A stretch of DNA of 64,000 nt from Octopus sinensis. Taxonomy: Eukaryota. The notes under the pieces were generated by a model. That model saw only the letters and a program-made list of their open reading frames with translations. It made no database searches and had not been told where the DNA came from. The stretch covers positions 46,872,001-46,936,000 of the forward strand of contig NC_043009.1 of assembly GCF_006345805.1 (NCBI RefSeq), in the 5' to 3' direction. Both the position numbers and the translations under genes were made by a program. This document shows, piece after piece, positions 1-13,689 of the stretch (position 1 is the first letter of the stretch; each line of letters begins with the position of its first letter).

Positions 1-1160
1 GGCAGTTAATTTCGCTAATGTCTTCATGATGAAATTCGAGACACAGTTACTGAAGACATTCAAATCCCTTCATGGTCATGAACCAATACGGTTCACTGAC
101 GACGTATTCTTTGTCTGGGAAGGATCACAGGATAGTTTAATGGACTTCTGGCATTTCTTTGACTGTTATGCTAGAAACTATGGCTTTAAGTCCAACATAA
201 AATTTACGTCTAGTTTTTCAAAAACTAGCGTTGAATTTTTGAACACAAAAGTCAAGTTTTCTGAAAGTAGAATAGTGACAGAGTTATTTTGCAAGACGAC
301 GTCATCCCACATATATCTCCACCGCCGCTCCGATCATCCACATCATCTTATTCGGTCAAAACCGTAATCCCAATTTCTTAGGATAAAACGGATTTGTACT
401 GACATAGGGGATTACTGGCAACATGTAAATGCTTTTGTATGTCATTATGTCAAACGCGGTTACAGTGAATCACGATTAAAGGAAATAGCAAATGAAATAG
501 CTAAGATTAGCAAAGATAGTCAAACCTACACGCATAATTTTAAGAAACACAATACAATAGATGACAGAATTCCTTTAGTGATGAACTGGCACCGACATTT
601 CGCTAGCATTTCAAAAATGTTGCATGAAAGGTACAAGCATGTGGCTAAAAAGTATCCTCGTTTCAAACAGATATTTCCTCAGCCGCCTATTGTAGCCTTT
701 AGACGGAATAAGAATATAAGAGAATTATTGACCACTATATCTTACTCCAAGAAAACGAACATTGGAGTATCTACACGCTGTACCTTAAAGAACAGCCGCA
801 ACAGAGGTAAGCTCTGTTCATTGTGCAACAACATGAGTGAAGTAAATTCCACCAGAAATCCTAACAGAAATGTCATGACATATACGGAAGGTGGAACATG
901 TAAAAATTCCCATTTGGTGTACGCTGCAGAATGCACGAAACAAAATTTATGCTGGTTGTACAACAGAAGAATTAAACAAAATGTTTAATGGGCACAGATT
1001 CAACGTCAGGCACAATAACAGTAGTTCGACAGAACTTGCTGAACATTTCGTTTCAAGCGGCTGCAATTTTGAAGAAGACTTGAATGTGCATATTCCCAGA
1101 AGATATTCTGAATCTGCTTCACTTACAATTCTCAGAATATGAGGAGAAATATGTTTGCGG
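1..1160 (+). mobile_element. Penelope-like element (PLE) fragment: RT C-terminal part plus GIY-YIG endonuclease, with stops and frameshifts
   Basis: ORF 26-367 has IRFTDDVFFVW (RYxDD motif) and HIYLHRRSDHPHH, then after a stop SQFLRIKRICT. ORF 578-988 has PIVAFRRNKNIRELL, CxxC and LVYAAECTK. ORF 891-1142 has KIYAGCT...FNGHRFNVR (GIY-YIG). Confidence 0.85.
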
Positions 1161-1565
1161 GTTATTAACATCACGCACGGGAGGAATGAATAAGATGACA
1201 GGAGAATATCATCAAATTTTTACAAAAATGTTTGATTAAATATTCTTCTTTTTCTCTTTTTCTTTCTTTTTTTCTGTCGTCTTCATTTTCCTGGGGTTTT
1301 CTTCCGTCTTTTTCTTTTCGCCTGTTATAAAATTTTAACATAAAAACTGATGTCATTCCATCAACGTGTGGACGCTGGCTGCTCTTGTTCATACTTTACG
1401 TTTAAATTTCTTTAATTTTGAATTTTTATCGCTTCTTATTTTGAACTTAACAAAGACAGACATACTGTTGAAATATGGTTCAACTAATAAAATATCTTAC
1501 AATCGAATCGCGCTCTTCGTCTTGACTGTTTACCTTTGTGAAGAGTTACGTCAATCCTTTTTAAA

Positions 1566-1800
<235 letters not shown>

Positions 1801-1817
1801 AATAATAATAATAATAT

Positions 1818-1872
1818 TTTCTACTCTAGGCACAAGGCCTGAAATTCGTGGGAGGGGATAGTCGATTACATC
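1818..1872 (-). mobile_element. tRNA-SINE 3' tail fragment
   Basis: ttttctactctaggcacaaggcc is the reverse complement of the tail ggccttgtgcctagagaagaaaag seen at ~32445-32470 and ~58440-58462. Confidence 0.65.
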
Positions 1873-2212
1873 AGAAACACACGCACCAATGGTTACGAAG
1901 CTCAGGGCTAAAAGCAGAGAGTGAAGGATTCATATTAGCAGGCTCAAGACCAAAGCTTAATAACCCGGAACTACCAAGCCAATGTGATAAAAAAATGGAG
2001 CTGACCCCAAATGCCGATTCTGTAACGATGAGATTGAAACAATAGACCACCTAATCTCAGGGTGTAGAGTCTTAGCACCTGCAGAATATAAACCAAGACA
2101 TGACAGAGTCGGCCAGTATTTACACTAGACAATATGTCGGCATTATAAAATCAAAACCGCTGACAAATGGTATAAAGACCATCCTGAAGCTGTGACTGAA
2201 GGAGAAAATGTA
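1873..2212 (+). mobile_element. R4/Dong-like non-LTR retrotransposon fragment (subfamily A), CCHC finger region
   Basis: Frameshifted translation HQWLRSSGLKAESEGFILA...KCRFC...IDHLISGC...RHDRVGQYLH. Confidence 0.85.
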
Positions 2213-2624
2213 TCGTCAGCCACTAAGTTTTGGCTAAATTATTGTTATTACCATTATTACCATCATTATTATTATTTCCATTTATTATTAAAAGGTATTA
2301 TTGAATGTTATTTAGTTTCAACTTCTGTCTTGTAGTTGAGCTGATCATAAAAGAGTGCTTCAGGTAATAGTAGTAGCAAGCGAGACAGCTTGGTGGACAG
2401 ATTAAATTCCACAGGTCTGTAAATAGATTCGGCAGATGGAGAAAAGATCGGCAATGGGCATTCCTGTGCGATAAGGAGACAAAAGCGGCCCTTAGGGCCA
2501 GCAGAGATCAAATGTGTTTACTACTACTAGCGATCGATGAGAGCGCGCTGGCCTTGGCCTTGAAAAGAACACCAATTCACCTCGTTCCGTTCTTAATTAC
2601 TGACAGAAAAAATAATTATTCAGG

Positions 2625-2647
2625 CATATATATATTATATGTATAAT

Positions 2648-2679
<32 letters not shown>

Positions 2680-2787
2680 ATATAGTATATATATATCTAC
2701 ATATTATATCATAGATATGGATGTGTGTGTGTGTTATGTCTATGTATATGCTATAACAAGATATATGTATATATATATATATGTATA

Positions 2788-2821
<34 letters not shown>

Positions 2822-3175
2822 TACATATATATGTGTATACATTATAATATATATTATATATATATGTATATATATATATATATATGATATACATATATAT
2901 ATATAATATATATATACATATATATGTATTCATTATATACATATATATATACATATACAATATATATATATATAAATGTGTATATGTATATGTATATATA
3001 TACTGTATATGTTATATATATATATGTATATATATTATATATATATATATATACTATATATATATACATATATATATATATATTACATATATATGTATAC
3101 TATACACACACACATATTTATTTATATATATATATATATATATACACACAATTGTATGTGTGTGTGTATGTGTGT
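2625..3175. repeat. Degenerate (TA)n/(TG)n microsatellite block
   Basis: Low-complexity TA repeats; the YIYI ORFs are artefacts. Confidence 0.95.
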
Positions 3176-3557
3176 GTACTGATATTCACGCCGTTGAATT
3201 TTTGAATTTCTGAATTTCTTTTTTTTCCTATGAAATTTTTCCTTTCTTTTTATAAGTTTAGCTGTGGTTTACAGTTTTTGTAATTGTGCAGTTGTTACAA
3301 TAAAAGGCATGTTTACATATTCGTGCAGTCAGGGAAAAAAGAAAGATAAACTTTTCACGCAAAATTGTAGATATTAAAGTTTTAAATTTTATGAGACATG
3401 ATCTGTTTGTCTGAACAGAGAAAACTGTAGTATTTTTAGAATAAAGAGAATGTTTACACTTTCGAATACTCGGGCAGAAAGGAAAGGATAGGTACTCACA
3501 GAAGTTGTAGGTATTAACATTTTTAAAGCTGATCGTTTGTGTGTTTGAAAACTGTAG

Positions 3558-3599
<42 letters not shown>

Positions 3600-3600
<1 letters not shown>

Positions 3601-5383
3601 TATGTTTGACTTTTGCTTTATATTTGTACAAGTTGGCTCCAAGTCTCACCCGAGACCTCAAGAGACAACAGGGTTGGAAGTTCATGTTGTTGTTATGCCT
3701 AGTGTGGCCATATATTTGGGGGGTTGGGATGTGTACTAATGAATGTCTAAAAAAAAAAAAAAAGTTTTTTTTTTTTTTTTTTTTTTTTAAACCGAAAATT
3801 ATGGTTGTTTTAAACTTGAGGTTACATAGAGAGTATTTTGCGTAGGATATGAGCAGTTCCCATGAGCACTATCTTTTGAACTTCTGCCATTTTTGGGTTT
3901 CCTGGTATCTGATGGTTAGGTAGCTATCAGCCCCTTTTGCTATCATTCCCAGGGCACCTATGACAACAGGTAGTGTTTTAGTCTTCAGCTTCCACATTTT
4001 GCTGATTTCTATTTCAAGATCTTTATATTTGCTCAGTTTTTGGTAGGTCCTGACAGATACGTTATATCGATTGGGACAGTCATATCAATGAGGAGGATGT
4101 TCTTTGTTTGAAGTCTTTCAATATGATGTCTGGCCTATTTGCATCTATCTTCCTGTCAGTTTGAATGGTGAAGTTCCAGAGGAGTGAGATGTGGTCATTT
4201 TCAAGCACTGGGGGTGGTTGGTTCCCACCAGTTTTTTCATGGGGCAAATCCAGGTTTTAACAGATTACCCAGTGAATATATTGTGCAGCTCTATCGTGCC
4301 TGTTGAGATACTCTGTAGGCGCTAGAAGACTGCACTTGGAGACCACATGGTCAATGGTTTCATTTTGTTGCTTGCATACACGACACGTTGGACTGCTTCT
4401 GATCTTTAATATGTTGGCCTGTAGTTCTTGTTGGTAGGCATTGATCTTGAGCTGCTATGATAAACCCCTCTGTTTTCAGATTTTAAGCCAGAGGCCATTA
4501 GCCATTGATGGGTCAGGGCTTTGTCGATATCTGCATTATTCGCTCTCTTTGGGTATTTGCCATAGAGAGGTTTTTCTTGCCATTTATTATTCAGAATATC
4601 TAAGGCCGCAGTTTTGGCACGGGTTTTCATGCGCCTAGCTTTTTCTGTGCTTGTTTCTTGTATGTCTATCTCTAATCCGAAATTGGTTGTATTCGGAATT
4701 CACTTAGATATTCCTTTGCCTGTTTTGTGACTGAGTATGATGCTTTCTTGTTTTCATGTTTTGAGACAAGTTTTAACATCCAGTCCTCAGAGTTTTTCAG
4801 GTAGGTGTCTAGGCCAATTGTAGCAATCTTCATTGTTATTGCCAGTTGCAAAAGACCACGGCCTCCCTCTTTTCTTGGCAGATAGAGTCGTTCTGTATCT
4901 GCCTTAGGGTGGTGCATTCTATGCATTGTCAACAGTTTCCTTATTTTTCTGTCGAGCTGACATATTTCAGTAATTGACCAGTTAACAATATTGAAACTGT
5001 AAGTCACGACTGGTATAGCTAATGCATTGATTGCTTCGATCCTGTTTCTTGCATTCAGCTCTGTCTTGAGTATTGCTCTCACTCTTCGATAGCATTCTCT
5101 CCTGATCCTTTCCTTCATCTCTGAATGCCTTATTCCGTTCCCTTCAATTACCCTAGGTACTTGTAGCTCTCCGCTGGGTCTAGTTCTTTTATGACATTCT
5201 GTGGGTCAAGGTTAACGTTAGATGTTTCTGTCATTTTTCCTTTGATAAAGGTAGCCTTTGCACATTTATCGAGCCGAATTGCATTCTGATGTCGTCACTG
5301 AATTGTTGACTATCGCTAGTAAGCCCTTGAGTTGTTGATCATTTTTTGCAAAAAGCTTTAAATCATCCATGGTAAACGAGATG
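3600..5383 (-). mobile_element. 5'-truncated R4/Dong-like non-LTR retrotransposon (subfamily A): RT 3' half, CCHC finger, PD-(D/E)xK restriction-like endonuclease and 3' UTR
   Basis: MDDLKLFAKND at the 5' truncation; MKERIRRECYRRVRAILKTELNARN...RLYLPRKEGGRGL; KCRVCKQQNETIDHVVS; DANRPDII; KMWKLKTKTLPVVIGALG. (ATT)n flanks at 3558-3599 and 5384-5456. Confidence 0.92.
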
Positions 5384-5396
5384 ATTATTATTATTA

Positions 5397-5456
<60 letters not shown>

Positions 5457-5970
5457 TGAGTGAGGAGAGAGTGCATGCCATCAAAGTGACACTGGGGTAA
5501 AAATATCGAAGCCCAGTATACCCATCATGACTACCCGTCTGATATAGGTACACCAGGCATATGCATCACAACCATATGTGCGCGACATGGTGATCTCATA
5601 TCAAGATAAGCAGCACATGACCTTGCAGGTGGGGCCCAGTTAGAATTTTCTTCAGGTTGAGTAGCCCATCCCGCTCAACGGTCCCTGAATAAGGGTTGTT
5701 TAAGGATGTTGAAAGAACCACCCATGTTTCCAGAGGTGAACTATTCAAAACCCGAAGAATCCTCTCAACACATGGCTATGATGCTCCCCCACTACTTCTG
5801 CTCGTGATCAGAGATGCACATATCGTCAGCCACTAAGGTTATGGTTATGGTCAAACAACTGACAAGCAAATCTGTGGTATTGAGCAGAATATTTGCTGTA
5901 GCCCATTTTTTATACCAATGTGGTATTGAGCAGAATATTTGCTGTAGCCCATCTTTTTGTGGTATTGAGC
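5457..5970 (-). mobile_element. Element X, the longest copy (~510 bp, non-coding), with a short tandem duplication at its 5' end
   Basis: Homologous to 1721-1800, 8642-8832 and ~56760-56850. Flanked by (ATT)n on both sides. tgtggtattgagcagaatatttgctgtagccca repeated ~2.3 times at 5874-5970. Confidence 0.75.
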
Positions 5971-6007
<37 letters not shown>

Positions 6008-6066
6008 GTTATTATTGTTGTTGTTGTTGTTGTTGTTGTTGTTTTTGTTGTTGTTAATATTATTAT
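5971..6066. repeat. (ATT)n(GTT)n compound microsatellite
   Basis: Read directly from the sequence. Confidence 0.95.
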
Positions 6067-7215
6067 CTACAGAATTGTAAAACACGAAACTGGTTACTAA
6101 ATCATCGAATATATATATATATAAGCACACACGCACACACACGCACACACACACACTAACACACACACGCACATATGTATGTATCAATTTTATTTAAGCG
6201 ATTAAAAAATTAGTCGTTAAGACAAAATAAAACCGTGTATTTCGTTATAATGCAGTGATTCCTTATGTAGAATTAGTTTAGTGGCGAATGTAAACTAGGA
6301 AAAGATAACTTGAGCTAGTGTATAACACTTGTTGTGAGAACGTGCTAAATCTAACGTACATAGTCTCTTCTTTGACGTTTTGATTTTAACAAGGAAACAC
6401 AAATCAAATTTAAAGGTTTTTTTTTTATCCCCCATGATATGGAAAGCGTAAATTGATTACAAATATGGTCTTTTAATGATAAGCGCATTTCTTTTAAAGC
6501 AGTTTCACAGAAAATAAGAAAATGAAATAAAACAAATAAACAAGCGACTTTTAATCAATGCATAATTTTAGTGGTGTTAATTATGATGATGACGATAGCG
6601 ACGGTGACGACCAGGGTGATGATGGTGATGCTGGCGGGAGGGAGGGGGGTAGTCATGGTTGTGGTCGCCGTCATGGTCATCGTCGTTATCGTTATGGTGG
6701 TAGTCGTTAACATGGTGAGTAATAATGATGAAGAGGAAACGAAAGAGGAACAAAGGGAAAAGCGAAATGATTAAAGAAAATAACATTAAAAACACAACGA
6801 AGATAAAAGGAAAAGGAGAACGAAGAGAACGAAGAAAGTGATCCAAAATGAAAAGCGGGAACGAGCGAATCAAGAGAATGATCATTTATCGAGCAAGAAC
6901 ACACAGTTCTAATTAAATATACCTCCCATAAAGCAAAGATATTAAAATAGTCATAATGGTTTGCCGTAATTCAAATCCCGTGGTCAAGATAATCATTTAG
7001 CAAATGCATTGAGCACTTGATTGCATTTCCATTCCTCAACCAAACAAATAATTACTCCTCAAACCAATAAGGCGCCTCTACGAGATCGTTTAACCAACTA
7101 GAAATAGCAGTTAAATATCTCTCAAATTATACCCTCATGTCTCAGATACTATTTCCAAAAGAAAAAGAAAACATAACATGGCCATAACTGAAATGCATTT
7201 CATTTCAGGTCTTTT

Positions 7216-7463
7216 AAATTAGTGATGACATTAAATAGTTTTTTTTTAAATTTTAGATTAGTGATGACATTAAATTAGATTTTTTTAAATTTTAAATTAG
7301 TGATGACATTAAATTAGTTTTTTTAAATTTTAGATTAGTGATGACATTAAATTAGATTTTCTTAAATTTTAAATTAGTGATGACATTAAATTAGTTTTTT
7401 TTTAATTTTAGATTAGTGATGACATTAAATTAGATTTTCTTAAATTTTAAATTAGTGATGACA
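7216..7463. repeat. Minisatellite, 38-39 bp unit, ~6.3 copies, alternating A/B variants
   Basis: attagtgatgaca starts at 7218, 7257, 7296, 7334, 7373, 7412 and 7451. Confidence 0.92.
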
Positions 7464-7823
7464 ACTAAAATAAGCAATATATGCCACAAGTTCTACATCA
7501 AACCGATTGATTAACAAAGACAGAGAGATTTGCTTCATACAAATACAGAAACTTGACTGGTCGACGTTTATAACATTTTTCATATTATAAACATGATTTT
7601 CATTTCCTATTGTAAAATGGTTATTCAAAGAAACACAATTTGGAGCGATTGTTTTAACTCACAGAATCTTTCATTCTGCATTATCGCTACTCGTTGCCAA
7701 TTATTTAAGGCAAAATTACCGTATGTAAGATATATACGACTGCCAGCTACAGTTTCGTAAGTTCAAACCTTGTTGCCGTCGTGTTTCTTTCGATAAATGC
7801 ATTCATTTTTACATTCTTACATT

Positions 7824-8258
7824 GGCGTGACTGTGGCTGTGTGGTAAGAAGCTTGCTTTCTACCCACATGGTTCTAAGTTCAGTCCCACTGCGTGGCACC
7901 TTGGACAAGTGCCTTCTACTATAGCCTTAGGCTGACAAAAACCTTGTGAACGGATTTGGTAGAAGGTAAATGAAAGAAACCCGTCTTGTATATAATGTGT
8001 ATGTGTGTGTGTGCGTGTGTCTGTGCATGTGTGTGCGTGTATGCATATATCTGTTTGTGTGTCTTTGTGTTTGTGTTTCTCCCCCTCACCACCTTGGTGT
8101 GTTTATAACTTCGCGATTTGGCAAAAGCGACCAATAGAATAAGTACTAGGATTTTTAAAAATGAGCCCTGGAGTCGATTTGTTCGACTAAATAGCCCTTC
8201 AAGGCGGTGCCCCAGCATGGCTGTAGTCAAATGAATGAAACAAATAAACCATAAAAGA
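7824..8258 (+). mobile_element. Composite tRNA-derived SINE (head, internal TG microsatellite, tail)
   Basis: A-box-like tggctgtgtgg and B-box-like agttcagtccc; tail ggcggtgccccagcatggc...tgaaac. Same family at 20148-20292, 32690-32845, 42190-42680 and 44150-44552. Confidence 0.85.
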
Positions 8259-8542
8259 TTGCTTCTGTGCATGGAGTTGCTAAGAGCAACTGTTAGATAT
8301 TCTACCAGTGTTGTCTGCAATTAGTTAACGTCACATCTACATTGCGGCCGTATATCTGCCATCTGTTGAAAGTCTAACTTCTGGAGAAGCTCCTTCCGAC
8401 CCTACTTCCCATTCTGGGTCCTATGTCCAGTCGACACCCGTTCGCATCTATTAAGCAATCGGATTTTCATTGAATGCAGCAATGTTTTAGATAAAACACT
8501 GAGTTGTAAAGGTAGTTGCTATCTCTGAAACTGGTCATTCAA

Positions 8543-8896
<354 letters not shown>

Positions 8897-8897
<1 letters not shown>

Positions 8898-9290
8898 TCT
8901 TGAAATGGAAATCAGCAAAATGTGGAACCTGAAGACTAAAACAATACCTGTTGTCATAGGTGCCCTGGGAATGATAGCAAAAGGGGCTGATAGCTACCTA
9001 ACTCAGATACCAGGAAACCAAAAAATGGCAGAAATTCAAAAGATAGTGCTCATGGGAACTGCTCATATCCTACGCAAAATACTTTCTATGTAATCTCAAG
9101 GTTTAAAACAAACATAATTTTCGGTTAAAAAAAAAAAAATTTTTAGACATTCATTAGTACAACCCCCCCCCCCCAAATATATGGCACACTAGGGATAACA
9201 ACAACATAAAATTCTAACCTGTTGTCTCTTGAGGTCTCTGGGTGAGACTTGGAGCCAACTTATACAAATATAAAGCAAAAGTCAAACATA

Positions 9291-9291
<1 letters not shown>
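8897..9291 (+). mobile_element. 5'-truncated R4/Dong-like copy (subfamily A): C-terminus and 3' UTR
   Basis: MEISKMWNLKTKTIPVVIGALGM...MGTAHILRKILSM*. 3' UTR matches 3600-3830. (AAT)n directly on both sides. Confidence 0.92.
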
Positions 9292-9353
<62 letters not shown>

Positions 9354-9400
9354 TAAAATTAATAATAATAACGATAACAACAACAACAACAACAACAACA

Positions 9401-12400
9401 GAGGATAGCTCCGAGCTAAATAACAACATAGACGTACACCGAGAAGCTTTCTCCACAGAACAAACTTAATCCAACAACATCGGTGCAATGGACGAAAAAC
9501 TTCGCCATACAACTTTGGGAAAAGTTCTGCTAAAGCAAAGGAACTAAAAAATCGGAAAAAAAATTATTATATGCTGTGTAGTTTCTTTCTTAATTGTACA
9601 GTATCTCAATGTGACATACGCAAGTCGTCGGAACCAGCACCAATAACCCTGGAAAAACACACCAATTGCACAGTAAGTACATAAAGTGGGCAATTAACTA
9701 TACATGCAACAATGCATGCATCCATGTGCACATGCTAATACTTACAAGCAAAATAAATAATGTCTACACTACAAACACGCACACACAGAGAAAACAAAAG
9801 AAAAACGTGTCACGACCAACATTGAAACAAACAAAAAGAAAGCGACTTCCCCCAAACGAATATAAAAAGGAGCAAATTTATCAGTTTAAAACATCACTAA
9901 ACAGTTATGCCCGGAAACATAGCTAAAATAAAAGATAGAGGCGATTTTCGACCCATCAGCCTACGATATGGCAAATATATCCATTCGAAGAACAAGGAAG
10001 TGGTGCCATGTCAAAAAGTCAACCCTGAAGAACAAACAGACCCGTCTCCTATTGTCACCGTCAATGCTTTAATGACATGCACGGGACAAGGACCACGTTA
10101 CCCAGTGGGGAACTAGACTGGGGTCGAAAACTTTCAAAAATTAGTCCTACCTCAAGAACACTTGAATAGATATGACACGGAATTTTAGGTGAATAATAAA
10201 AAGGTCATAGAAACTTTGTTTCTATGACCTCAAACAACATTAAAATAACAAGATAATCATGATATATAATGTCGCTCTTAAACAGCTCTTAAGAAATAAG
10301 GGAAATCATCTGACAACATTAAATAACCTCATCTATTCCTTTGCTAAAGTCGTAACTGTTCAACTAGATATCAGGACAACACGGAAAAGGACCAACCGTG
10401 TCAATAAACCTCCTAAGTAGAAAGTAGCAATACAAAAAGTGATCGACTTTTTGCGGGCGGATGTATCACTTCTTGATGAATTTGCTAGAGGAGTAAATGT
10501 TAAGACAAAACAAGCTAGAAAAATCAAGCCCAAGGTATGAAAGCCTATAACAAAAGAATCAAATTTTATCGACAAAATGAGCTATTCAAGACAGATGCAA
10601 AACATTCTATAGGGAAATTGGCAAAAGTAAGAGAGAAGTAAAGGAGCCGCCTAAGACTGAGGAAATGGAAGAGTTCTGGAAGAAAATATGGAGCAAGAAA
10701 AAAGCTGAAACTTACTGGGTAGAACGTTAGAAAGTGAGAGTGAATGAAAGTGAAGAGCAGAAATGGGAGGCAATATGAGAAGAGGTAAGATGTGTTCTTA
10801 GAAAGTCTCAGAATTGGAAAACCCCAGGAGTAGAACGGATCCCTAATTTCTGGCTGAATTGTTTGAGAGAAGCACACCAAAATTTTGCTGTATGTCATCC
10901 AGAACCCAGAGCAAATATCTACCTGGCTGACTGAGGGAACAACATACCTTCTTCCAAAAACTAAAGACATGAAAAATCGAAAGAAATACGACTTATAGCA
11001 TGTTTCAACATCACCTATAAGATCCTCACATCCATACTAACTGAAAGAATATACACATTCCTTGAACAAAACTCTATCCTTCCACTAGCTCAAAAAGGTT
11101 GTAAAAGGAATTCTTATGGATGCAAAGATCAAATACTCATAAATAAAATGACTTTAGAGAATTGCCGGAGCAACAAGAAGAACCTGAGTATGGGATGGAT
11201 AGACTACAAGAAAGCGTTTGATAGTGTCCCTCATAATTGGCTACCGAAGGCCCTTCAGATATATAAGATCTCTTTTGTCATCTCCAAATTCTTACAAGGT
11301 AGCATGGCTAAATGGGATGAGCCAATCTAACAGCAACGTCAAACGAGGCATCTTTCAAGGCGACTTCCTCTTCCCATTACTCTTTTTCATGGCACTGTTC
11401 CCATTCACAAACGAACTGAGTAACACCAGGTATGAGTTCAAAGTGTATAATATTATAGAAAAATCATCTGTTTTATATAAACGATCTGAAGTTGTATGCT
11501 AGAAATGACAAAGAGCTAGTAAGACTGTTAAAGAGTTCAGCAATGACATCGGGATGGATTTTGGCCTTGGTAAGTGTGCTAAAGCAATTTTTGTAAGAGG
11601 CAAGCTCAAACAAGCAACTTCCATTAGATTAAATATCGACACTATAATGAAGGAACTTGACCCGCAAGAAAGCTATAAATACCTGGAAATTAACGAAGGA
11701 GATAGTAGACAACATGCTGCTATGAAGGAAAAAATACGAAAGGAGTATTATAGGAGAATAAGACTAAAAAATGAGCTCAACTCCAAAAATCGCATCGAAG
11801 CCATCAACACCCTAGCACTTCCAGTAGTGCAATACAGTTTTTACATCATTAACTGGAATCTTATAGGGCTTCAACGCCTGGAAAAGAAGACAAGAAAACT
11901 ACTAACATCTAAGAACATGCACCAAAAACAGACGTTGATCGTGTAATGGGGGAATAGGAATGATGCAGGACTGGAAGCTGCGGACTCTGTTCAAACACGA
12001 AAGTAGCAAAAAATCACATCTTATTGACAAGGTACCTTGCAAATTCGCAAGGAAATTTGGCATTTCCCCTGAATTAGATGAAGAATCTGAAACCACTGCC
12101 ACCAAACAAGCAAAACAGATTAAACAGACTGCGAAAAGAACGGGCAGAAACAAATTGAGGAGCAGTGGAGCCAGAAGCTCTGCATGGACAGTATATACTT
12201 CGAAGCTGAAATACTGATGTAGACCAAGCAACAACTCAACAGTGGTTGAGAAGCTCAGGATTCAAGGCAGAGACTGAAGGTTTCATATGAGCATCACAAG
12301 ATCAAAGCTTGCTTACCAAAACTACCACGGTTCTGACCCTAAATGAAGGTTCTGAGATACATTTGACGAAACAATAGACCACCTTGTCTCGAGATGTCCG

Positions 12401-13015
12401 GTGCTGACACCAAACGAATACAAAAATTGCCATGATACGCTAGGACAGTGTTTACAATGCAAAATATATAAACACTTCAACATCAGCGCTACTGCTTACT
12501 GGGATGAACATCAATCTGACTCAGTTGGTCAAGATAAAAACGTCTCTATCTGTAGGTTTTTCCAGTCAACACCGACTGAATGATCCAGGCTAATAGACCA
12601 GACATAGTCATTAAAGGTAGGAAGAAAATAATTGTAGACTAATAGATGTAAATGTTTCCGCTGATAAAACTATATTTGTAAAGGAATTTGTAAAGTAAAT
12701 ATGAGACGGAAGTTGAAATACAAAAGATGTGACATCTTAAAGTAAGAACTGTTCCTGTTATTGTGGGTGCCCTAGGTATGGCAAGAAAGGGATGTCAAAA
12801 ACATCTAGATAATATTTGTAGCGAGCCATGTCTCAGACAAATGCAAAAGATTGTGATGCCAAGTACAATGTCTGTGTTGTATTACATAAAGTTATTTCGC
12901 TACTGCCCCTGCCACTTCCCCTCCCCAAGCTTTCAGTCATACTGTAACATCTCTCACCCTAGGACGCTGGGTGTGTCTCGGCAACTGATTGTAACAAACA
13001 TGCAAATTAAAAGTA
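9401..13015 (+). mobile_element. Degenerate, possibly full-length R4/Dong-like element (subfamily B); coding similarity recognisable ~10150-12890
   Basis: LNNLIYSFAKVVT...; WIDYKKAFDSVPHNW; RGIFQGD; MDFGLGKCAKA...KEKIRKEYYRRI; WLRSSGFKAETEG; RPDIV; VIVGALGM. (AAT/AAC)n at 9292-9400 and 13015-13130. The 5' boundary is inferred from the microsatellite only. Confidence 0.8.
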
Positions 13016-13059
<44 letters not shown>

Positions 13060-13078
13060 CAACAACAACAACAACAAC

Positions 13079-13130
<52 letters not shown>
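13015..13130. repeat. (AAT)n(AAC)n tail
   Basis: Read directly from the sequence. Confidence 0.95.
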
Positions 13131-13131
<1 letters not shown>

Positions 13132-13689
13132 GAGAAACATTTATAATATTATAGTATTATTATGTCATTTTTTTATTTAATGTAACTCACTAATTGTCTT
13201 TGAAAATACTTGAGAAGGCAGTTTATAAATTACCGACTGAGAAGCGAGATGCAGTAAGTAGCTGGGTCACATGATGCTATTTTGAGGATGAGGTGAATTA
13301 CCGTCGTTCTAACAGGAAAGTAGTATCTAAACATTTCGCGCACATATTTCAAGAGGATAGCGAAAATGAGACATATCTTGTAATATCGGATATCAAATGA
13401 CATTTTAAATGTCAAGTCCAGGAAATTTTACAATTTCCGAAGATGTTTAAAGAAACTTTTAATCAAATATACTTATGGCTTATGGAATACATCTTTCTCA
13501 GTTCGTACCGTTGCTGCGTTATTTCTTACCAGCTATTCGTATTAGAATTAAAGGCGGGTAGCTGAAAGAATCGTTAGCACGTCGTCTTGCCTTCCATTGG
13601 AACAATAATATATTATCGAATAATCATCTTACCTTAAAATTCTGGTCTTGTGCCTATTGTAAGAATTATTATAATTATTTTCACATGCA

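Noticed and set aside
1440-1490. acag-acata-ctgt-t-gaaatatgg after the first Penelope fragment, in an HHR-like position
   Set aside because: The CUGANGA core and stems I and III are too degenerate to call.
2597-3213. Many ORFs rich in YI, CV, HT, poly-I or poly-N here and throughout the window
   Set aside because: They are translations of (TA)n, (TG)n and (AAT)n microsatellites.
10202-10230. Perfect 13-bp-arm hairpin inside Dong subfamily B
   Set aside because: Short, and seen in one degenerate copy only; likely a local inversion.
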